Of a stretch of DNA of 64,000 bases, positions 54,890 through 64,000 are shown one piece after another (the stretch's first letter is position 1; the number at the start of each line of letters is the position of its first letter). The notes beneath the pieces are model-generated. The model searched no databases, was not told where the DNA came from, and was given only the letters and a program-made list of their open reading frames with translations. Made by a program: the position numbers and the translations under genes. Source of the stretch: Octopus vulgaris (taxonomy: Eukaryota); assembly GCA_951406725.2 (NCBI GenBank), contig OX597836.1:38750001-38814000 (forward strand), read 5' to 3'.

Positions 54890-56862
54890 CTACCGACCAT
54901 ATTTTATCAATGTGTACCAGCAAACTTTCATTGGCAACAGTAGCATACGACATTGGTTAGCTCTGGCAGCGACAAAATTGATCCCCAAAAACAGAACCAC
55001 TCAAACGGCAAAAAAACTCCCGCCAATTGCATGCCAGAATTTAATGCATAAGATACAAACAGTATGTTTAAACCTCTTCCTCCAGGACCATTGCGAAACC
55101 AATAACATTATCACAGCAGAACAAGCAGCTGGGAAGAAGGGAGTCTGGGGATGTGCCGAGCAATTGCTAATCAACAAAACTGTTATGTCAGAGGTGCGGG
55201 AGCATAGGAGGAACCTTGTTTCAATGTGGTTAGACTACAAGAAAGCCTTTGACTCTGTTTCCCACTGATGAATGCTAGGAGCCCTTCAACTTGCTAAAGT
55301 TCCAGTGAGAATAGTCAAAGCCATAGCCGACCCGACTTCGTCGTGGGTCACCACCTTGAAATTAAACACAAAGTGTGAATGTATTATCACTGATAGAATA
55401 CAGTATCGCAAAGGCATATTCCAAGGAGACAGCCTCTCTGTGATGCTGTTTATACTTTCTGTAAACCCTTTGTCATTCATGTTAAGGATGTCAGAAGGAT
55501 ATCTCACTGGTTCACAAGGAGACAGAAATACCAATATTACACACTGTTTCTTTGTGGGCGACTTAAAACTTTATGCAAAGCCTTGACCTAGTTACAACAT
55601 TCTCAAAGGATGTAGGGTTAGAGTTTGGTCAGGATAAATGTTATATGGTTGTGAAAAGGAGGAAAACTATAAACCAGACTAGTAACATCTCCATCAATGA
55701 TTTGACTACTTCCCCTGTATCTGACAAGGAATGTTACAAGTATCTAGAGGTGGATAAAAATATATCTTACAATGGCACCTGCAACAAAACACGTGTCACA
55801 AAAGAATATTACAGCTGAATAAAGAAGATTTAGACCCCAGAACTCTCTGTATTCAATAAAACAGTAGCTCACAATATGTTTGCAGTGCCAGTACTCATAC
55901 CAACATTTGGGCTGCTTGATTGGACGCTCGACGAGATCCGAGCCATTGATGTGAAAACTCGAAAAATACTAACAAGCACACATAATTTCCACATAATCAG
56001 TGACGTAGACTGCCCCTACCTAAAACGAAAACAAGGTGGCAAAGGCTTAACATCGATCCAAAATGCTTTTGAATGTCGCATCACATCGCTTCGGCAACGT
56101 CTTTTAGTCAACAAGTGTCGAAGTGCATCCCTTGACCAAGTTTGCATACATAAGGCTGATAACATCATAAACTTGGAAGGCAGCTCCTTGAGCAACGCTC
56201 TTTATCTGATAACCTTAAATACATTCCCAAAGAAGTTACACGACTCTACCGCAACATATCATCGGATGAAAAGATGAGCCTATATGAGCAGAAGACTATG
56301 CATGGATATCTTAGTAGAAAGCTCTGTGATGATAGTAACATCGATCATCAAAGAAGTCAAACATGGACCAATAGCTAGATTACTACCTCCCACTTTGAAG
56401 GTTATGCGTTTGCAATCCAGGAGCAAAAAATATCAACCAAGTACCTGATGCACAAAAGGGATAGAGATGCAAGGAAAACCGTAAAATGTGACAAGCGATG
56501 CAGACATTATGGAGTTCATGGTATTATCTACCGATGAGACATGATATTGTAGCTAGGACACTCTATAATGAAACCCATCGGAAGGATAATCCTGAGGACA
56601 AATAAATAAAGCCCCACAATATGGTAGAAGTCATAGCGACTCATAATGAAAAGGAATACTGGTGGAATGTACCAGGGAAGACCTCAATGAAATGTAAGCC
56701 TAACAGACCTGATATAATGATTTGGAATAGAGAAGAGAAACTGTGCACTGTTCTGGAAATTAGCTGCCCTGCGGATGTTAACATAAAGCTGAAGATCAGT
56801 GAAAAAGAGAACATGCTGAACTATTGAGAAATCTGCAGTTACTCTATCAGATTACAAGTTCA
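54890..56862 (+). pseudogene. Degenerate R4/Dong-clade non-LTR retrotransposon (RT plus restriction-like endonuclease)
   Basis: WLDYKKAFDSVSH, KGIFQGDSLS, FFVGDLKLYA and YKYLEV, then RHD.V and KPNRPDIMIWN...VLEISCP. Many stops and frameshifts. The 3' end is lost at a SINE array. Confidence 0.9.
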
Positions 56863-57340
56863 AGTCGATTAAATAAGTACCAGTTACGCACTGGAGCCGA
56901 TGTAATCGACTTAATCCGTTTGTCTGTCCTTGTTTGTCCTCTCTATGTTTAGCCCCTTGTGGGTAGTAAAGAAATAGAAATAGGTATTTCGTCTGTCTTT
57001 ACGTTCTGAGTTCAATTTCCGCCGAGGTCGACTTTGCATTTCATCCTTTCGGGGTCGATTAAATAAGTACCAGTTACGCACTGGGGTCGATGTAATCGAC
57101 TTAATCCGTTTGTCTGTCCTTGTTTGCCCTCTCTGCGTTTAGCCCCTTGTGGGTAGTAAAGAAATAGAAATAGGTATTTCGTCTGTCTTTACGTTCTGAG
57201 TTCAATTTCCGCCGAGGTCGACTTTGCATTTCATCCCTTCGGGGTCGTTAATTAAGTACCAGTTGAGAACTAGGGTCGACGTAATCGACTTACCCGCTTC
57301 CCTGAAATTGCTGGGCTTGTACCAAAATTTGAAACCGATA
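56863..57340 (+). mobile_element. Family M SINE trimer (headless; last unit has old tail)
   Basis: Two near-identical ~190 bp units ending AAAGAAATAGAAATA|GGTATTTCG. Confidence 0.85.
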
Positions 57341-57548
57341 TAAAGGATTATTGAAGAAAGAAATCCTTGCTGAAACCAAACTCGCAATTGTTTGCTTCCA
57401 ATGTGTTATTATCTTAAATTCCTCGCGGTCTTCTTTCACAAGCCTTGGCAGATTCATCAATAAAACCAATAAGGTGACCGCATAATGATTATATTTCTAA
57501 ACGGACGCTCCACAAATTTCCCACTAGTTCTCCTACTCTCTTGAGAAA

Positions 57549-57822
57549 TCCATCCATCCATCCATCCATTCATCCTCCCATCCACCCATCCACCCATCCA
57601 TCCGTCCATCCGTCCGTCCGTCCATCCGTCCATCCACCCAACCACCCGACCACCCAAAATCCATCCATCCGTCCATCCATTCATCCATCCGTCCATCCGT
57701 CCACCCATCCATCCTCCCATCTACCCATCCATCCATTCATCCATCCATCCATCCGTCCATCCACCCAACCACCCGACCACCCCAAATCCATCCATCCATC
57801 CATCCATCCATCCACCCATCCG

Positions 57823-57855
<33 letters not shown>

Positions 57856-58256
57856 CCATCCATCCATCCATCCATCCACCCATCCATCCATTCATCCATC
57901 CATCCATCCATCCGTCCGTCCGTCCGTCCGTCCATCCGTCCATCCACCCAACCACCCGACCACCCAAAATCCATCCATCCGTCCATCCGTCCACCCATCC
58001 ATCCTCCCATCCACCCATCCATCCATTCATCCATCCATCCATCCGTCCATCCACCCAACCACCCGACCACCCAAAATCCATCCATCCATCCATCCATCCA
58101 TCCATCCATCCATCCATCCATCCATCCATCCATCCATCCATCCATCCATCCATCCACCCATCCATCCATTCATCCATCCATCCATCCGTCCGTCCGTCCG
58201 TCCATCCGTCCATCCACCCAACCACCCGACCACCCAAAATCCATCCATCCATCCAT
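57549..58256. repeat. (CCAT)n satellite with higher-order unit
   Basis: CCACCCAACCACCCGACCACCCAAAAT recurs five times (~57632, 57761, 57943, 58051, 58214). Confidence 0.9.
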
Positions 58257-58344
58257 TGACTGCTGTGTTAAGTCACCCGTTCAAAGATCCAATCATCTAT
58301 TTTCCTTTCCTTTTCTCTCCATCTTGTCTTTATCGCCGTTGTCA

Positions 58345-58375
<31 letters not shown>

Positions 58376-58583
58376 TGTTGTTGTTTTTCTTTTTCTTCTC
58401 CACTGCTTTATTCTTTCGTCCTTTCTTTCATTCCTACGTCCATTCTGTCTCATTCCCTCCACTTTTTCTTCTTCTACTTCCTATCTCTTCCCCCCCTCTC
58501 TCTCTCTCTCTCGCTCTATTTAACCGCTTAAAAATAACTCGTTCGTCTATTTATCTATCCATCTATCTATTTATCTATCTTTC

Positions 58584-58624
<41 letters not shown>

Positions 58625-58689
58625 GAAGCGCACACATTACACGCACACAATTTCTTTTTGCTGTCTTCCATTTCAGGTAAGTCACACAC

Positions 58690-58925
58690 ACACACACACA
58701 AACACATACGTGCACACATCTCACGCAACACACACAAACACATACGTGCACACATCTCACGCAACACACACAAACACATACGTGCACACATCTCACGCAA
58801 CACACACAAACACATACGTGCATACATCTCACGCAACACACACAAACACATACGTGCACACATCTCACACAACACACACAAACACATACGTGCACACATC
58901 TCACGCAACACACGCAAACACACGC
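58690..58925. repeat. 36 bp minisatellite, ~6.5 copies
   Basis: ACACACAAACACATACGTGCACACATCTCACGCAAC units. Confidence 0.92.
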
Positions 58926-59206
58926 ACACAAGCTTTCTATCACTTTCTTTCTATCTCTCTGTCTCAGCTCCCCATCTCTCTCTCTCTCTCTCTCCCCCTC
59001 TCTCTCTCAGTCTGTCTTCTGACACCCCCACCCTTCTGTCATCAGCCAAATAACCAATCACAAATCAGTCACAATTCCACCTGTTGCACACATTTACCTA
59101 TTCAACAAGTGATGGCACCACACTGTGGACTGATATATGTGTGTGTATATATATATATATATATATAGATATAGATATTGTGAGAGGGGCAGAGGGAGAG
59201 GGGAAA

Positions 59207-59247
<41 letters not shown>

Positions 59248-59675
59248 ACACACACAAACACACGTATGTTTAGAGAGGTGAGCGTTGGAGAAGCTGCAAA
59301 AACAGTCACCATACATAGTAAATACTTACATAGAGATGCGTGCATGCATACACAGATATTGATATGTATGTGTGTGCGTGTGTTTATGTATACGCGTATA
59401 TGTGTATATCTAATCTATCTATGCGATATTTTTGTGTCTGTCTCTTCTCTCTATTTCTCTTCCCTCTCTCTATCTATCTACATACATACATACATACATA
59501 CATGCATACATACATACATACATACATGCATGCATGCATGCATGCATACATACATACATACATACATACATACGGGTGTATGTGTAATTTTCCTCACATC
59601 CCGTACGTGCACACAAACACATACATATATGTGTATCTACCAAATATATACTTTATCTATCTATCTATCTATCTA

Positions 59676-59724
<49 letters not shown>

Positions 59725-59835
59725 CGTGATCATGTGACCGACCAGTCCATCAGATGTAGTTACATATCGCTGGTCACAATGCGTTCGCATTGTTTTAGCC
59801 TTCGAATGACGCCACCCCGCTGGCTAAGTGAGCAG

Positions 59836-59908
<73 letters not shown>

Positions 59909-60716
59909 GTGTACACAATGGATGCTACTACTAATAAACCAACGTGACTATTCCCCCACATCTCGAATACAATCCTCACATACAATCCTCTAAGCCTTAT
60001 AAATACAATGTCTAATGTCACCGGAATTGTTGACGCAGTATGTCTATAGATTGCTGTCTATTTTATATAGGAGAGTAGACGTAGTTATGTCTATTGACAG
60101 TATTTGAAAAAGGCTGTGCAGCGAATGTAGAGTATCCATAGAGCTGTGACTTAATAGTGCATAATAGCCATACTAAGTCTTTACAGTTCAGTGAATGTTA
60201 GTAATGCCTCGTAGACTTAGTATATATACAGTCCAGCAACAACTACCAACGACTGTTAAACTGTGTATGATGGAAATAAACCTATCAGAGCATTTGGATT
60301 CTTCTAAATAATGTTCCCTACAGGTCTCTGGTAGTTCTATTTTTGTTGGGCGCGTGCGAATACATACTAACGACACACGTCACATACATATCTACAAAAT
60401 GAAATTTGAAATTTTTTGTGGTGCACCTGAGCACTGTATACAATAATTTCACTATTATTATTATTTCATTATTATTCTACTCGCTAACGGTATGGCTGCG
60501 TAATTAATTAGCTAAGTTCGTAGCTATGTCGTTACCGGTTCAATCCAGCTGCGCAGCATCTAGCACAGGTGTCTTCTGCTGTAAGCCTCGGACTGAATTA
60601 TACGCTGAAAGTGAAACACATATATATGTAGGGGGTGGTTACAAAATGTATATACACTTTAACTCAATTTCCATATCTCATCTTTAGCTCATCAGAAATA
60701 ATGGCTAATAATTTAG

Positions 60717-60877
60717 CAGGAGTGGCTGTGTGGTAAGTAGCTTGTTTACCAACCACATGGTTCCGGGTTCAGTCCCACTGCGTGGCACCTTGGGCAAGTG
60801 TCTTCTACCATAGCCTCGGGCCGACCAAAGCCTTGTGAGTGGATTTGGTAGACGGAAACTGAAAGAAGCCTGTCGTA

Positions 60878-60947
<70 letters not shown>

Positions 60948-61162
60948 TGTGTGTGTTTGTGTGTCTGTGTTTGTCCCCATAGCATTGCTTGACAACCGAT
61001 GCTGGTGTGTTTATGTCCCCGTTACTTAGCGGTTCGGCAAAAGAGACCGATGGAATAAGTACTGGGCTTACAAAAAAGAATAAGTCCCGGGGTCGAGTTG
61101 TTCGATTAAAGGCAGTGCTCCAGCATGGCCGCAGTCAAATGACTGAAACAAGTAAAAGAGTA
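60717..61162 (+). mobile_element. Full-length OR-like SINE
   Basis: As 48665-49150. Confidence 0.88.
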
Positions 61163-61779
61163 ATAGTTTCAAGCTTCGGGATTGGGCCAGCAGTTTTCGA
61201 TGGTTGAGGGGTCCGATTACGTTGACACTAGTGCTTGACTTGTACTTATTTTATTGACTCCGAAAAGATGAAAGGCAAAGTCGAACTCAGCGGAATTTGA
61301 ACTCAGAACGTAGAAACGCGGATGAAATGCCGCAAAGCATTCTGTCCGGAGTGATTACGATTGAGTCAACTCATCGTCTTTCGAGAATTTATAATATTGA
61401 ATGATATTCAGTCTTTGTTTTCTAATTCATGCTTCGTTTTCTGAACCCATTAGAAATAATGAAAGGAGCTAGACTAAGCTTTGCACAACTGTATCTTTGA
61501 AAACGTAGTCGAAGTGCAAAGGCAGCTTAGGAGGGAGTAACAAAGAGATCCATTTACGCGACTTAGCATCAATCGAACAAAAGATACGTTCGATGCAGAT
61601 GAAACTGTTCCGGAAGACCGCGGATGTCGATGAGCTCTCACAAAATAAGGAAGGATGCTACAAACTTATAACTTGAGTTCAAGAAAGTCTGTGCGAGAAA
61701 CGTCATGAGATAAGAGCTTCAAAATCAAGTGTCCATTCCATTTTGAAGCACGGTCATTGGAAAAGTTACATTACAAATA

Positions 61780-62190
61780 CTCTCTCTTTTACTCTTTTAC
61801 TTGTTTCAGTCATTTGACTGCGGCCATGCGGCCTTTAGTCGAGCAAATCGACCCCGGGACTTATTCTTTTGTAAGCCCAGTACTTATTCTATCGGTCTCT
61901 TTTGCCGAACCGCTAAGTGACGGGGACGTAAACACACCAGCATCGGTTGTCAAGCAATGCTAGGGGGACAAACACCGACAAACACACACACACATAAATA
62001 TATATATATATATATATACATATATACGACAGGCTTCTTTCAGTTTCCGTCTACCAAATCCACTCACAAGGCATTGGTCGGCCCGGGGCTATAGCAGAAG
62101 CCACTTGCCCAAGATGCCACGCAGTGGGACTGAACCTGGAACCATGTGGCTGGTTACCAAGCTACTTACCACACAGCCACTCCTGCGCCT
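61780..62190 (-). mobile_element. Full-length OR-like SINE
   Basis: Reverse complement of the same family; inverted partner of 60717-61162. Confidence 0.88.
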
Positions 62191-62440
62191 ATATATAGCC
62201 CATGCTTTCAATAAGATGATCCGGACCGAATTGTGGGTTTTACGAGTTATAGTTGGCACACTTTCCATCAAAGATTGTTCGAAGTAATGAGGCTACATTC
62301 AAGTTTAATGGTTCAATTAACATCCACTATTGCACCTACTGGGGCGGGGGGGCTGAGAATCTGCATATTACAGAAGATCGTCATGTTAATTTACCAGGAG
62401 TTATACTTTACTTCCTACTCGCTAACGGTATGGCTGCGTT

Positions 62441-62671
62441 AAGGCGGCGAGCTGGCAGAAACGTTAGCGCGCCGGGCGAAATGCGTAGCCGTATTTCGTC
62501 TGCCGTTACGTTCTAGGTTCAAATTCCGCCGAGGTCGAATTTGCCTTTCATCCTTTCGGGGTCGATAAATAAAGTACAGTTTCGCACTGGGGTCGATATA
62601 ATCGACTTAATCCCTTTGTCTGTCTTTGTTTGTCCCCTCTGTGTTTAGCCCCTTGTGGATAGTAAAGAAAT
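62441..62671 (+). mobile_element. Young family M SINE monomer inserted in a decayed SINE
   Basis: The empty-site homologue is at ~60477-60617. Confidence 0.85.
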
Positions 62672-63034
62672 ATATTATTTACCTAAGTTCTTAGCTATGT
62701 CGTTACCAGTTCAATCCAGCTGCGCGTCATCTAGCACAGGTGTCTTCTGCCGTAAGCCTCAGACTGAATTATACTCTGCAAGTGAAATATGATGGACGTG
62801 AACTGTAGAATTCTATCGTGGCTGGAATCAAGTTTCAGCAATTGCTGCGCTCATAATGTCTATTGAAGCAAAACATGTTTTCTGCAACTGTCCTCTTGTC
62901 AGGGGTAAAAAAAAACTGTATTTTCCTTAATAGTATGTCAATTCCGAAAAATCCCTAATTCATGAGATGATCTTCCTTTCACATTCTTCATAGAATATAA
63001 TTAACGCCGAATCATTTTAGCACAGAGCACTGTC

Positions 63035-63232
63035 GCCATGATAGCCACTACACACATTTTTTTCTCACCTTTTTTCTCTCCTTGTTTCCCTCCTTTTTTT
63101 TCTGTGTCTCTTTCTGTAGAAGAGCGTAGGCTCGAAACGTAAAAGACTTTTTCTATTCCTGAGCGTTATACTAATACATCTGCTTGTTTTGTACACCTCC
63201 TGTCTTCGTCTTTTGTTTTTTTCGTAAAATCT

Positions 63233-63277
<45 letters not shown>

Positions 63278-63445
63278 TTTTTTTCTCTCCTTGTTTTTTT
63301 CTGTGTCCCTTTCTGTAGAAGAGCATAGGCTCGAAACATAAAAGACTTTTTCTATTCCCTGAGCGTTATACTAATACATCTGCTTGTTTTGTACACCACC
63401 TGTCTTCGTCTTTTGGTTTTTTTTTTTTCGTAAAACTCTCCCCAT
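63035..63445 (+). mobile_element. Tandem pair of ~200 bp hammerhead-like elements
   Basis: CTGTAGA-A-GAGC GTAG GCTC-GAAA-CGTA-AAAGAC at 63114-63147, repeated at 63313. A third copy lies on the minus strand at ~3316-3510. Confidence 0.7.
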
Positions 63446-64000
63446 GAATAAGCAATACCGTTTTTCTTTTCTATTTGTTTTTTTTTTTTTTTAAAGGGAG
63501 GCAAGCATACATTAAATGTTTGTTGCTAAACTAATGAGACAGCTGACTTCGATGCAATTTACAAATTTTATAGAGTCGCAGTTGATGGAATAATTGACAA
63601 AACTGTATGTAGTTCGGCTTCTAGTGATGATCGGCAATGTTTGTTTGTTTTTTTTTTTCGCTTTGTTGATATTCGCTAATGTCCACAACGCTAACATGCA
63701 TAAAAATATATGCTAGAAAAGAGTAGTAACGCTTTTAAAGCTTTTTCCTGCAGTCTCTGAATATTCCTTTTGTATCAATATCCAACAAGCGCCAAATCGA
63801 TAGTTCTGCAATTTATTTATTTATCTATTTATTTATTTATTTATTTACTTATTTTGCTGTTGTTGATTTCAACGAGATGTCACTGTATCCACTGTATCAT
63901 GTCAGCCAGTTGATATTGGCTCTGCAGCAGTGAGATTAATATATTATCACGAGAATTCACAAATGATGGCGTAGCAACATATTGAAGATTACTGACAGGA

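Noticed and set aside
57457-58680. HPSI / MDGW repeat ORFs, superficially like Met-Asp-rich reflectin repeats
   Set aside because: Produced by a (CCAT)n tetranucleotide repeat; no reflectin motif with Tyr/Arg content.

Overview
AT-rich, microsatellite- and retroposon-saturated animal DNA. The tRNA-derived SINE families resemble those known from octopus, so this is probably a coleoid cephalopod (inferred from recall, not searched). Almost all tracked ORFs are translations of simple repeats. There is one credible host coding exon on the minus strand (32430->31389). It encodes an orphan single-pass membrane protein with a Thr-rich ectodomain and His-rich tail, ends at a perfect GTAAGT donor, and sits in an ~11 kb SINE-free, CpG-retaining block. 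The rest is SINEs, LINE relics (R4/Dong, RTE), DNA-transposon relics (hAT, piggyBac, mariner, DD37D-like), a 1.63 kb tandem duplication and satellites. Main things to follow up: (i) several short non-coding elements in (TA)n/(TACA)n tracts carrying type I hammerhead ribozyme folds, some as long fold-backs and one as a ~199-nt tandem pair (Penelope/retrozyme-like); (ii) a SINE that appears to insert at GGTAT and so builds concatemers inside older copies of itself; (iii) head/tail shuffling among SINEs; (iv) a CpG-decay boundary near 30-31 kb suggesting a methylated gene body to the left; (v) a chain of overlapping stop/start uORFs leading into the orphan gene; (vi) a candidate recursive splice site. 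Coordinates were read by eye, so repeat boundaries are approximate.
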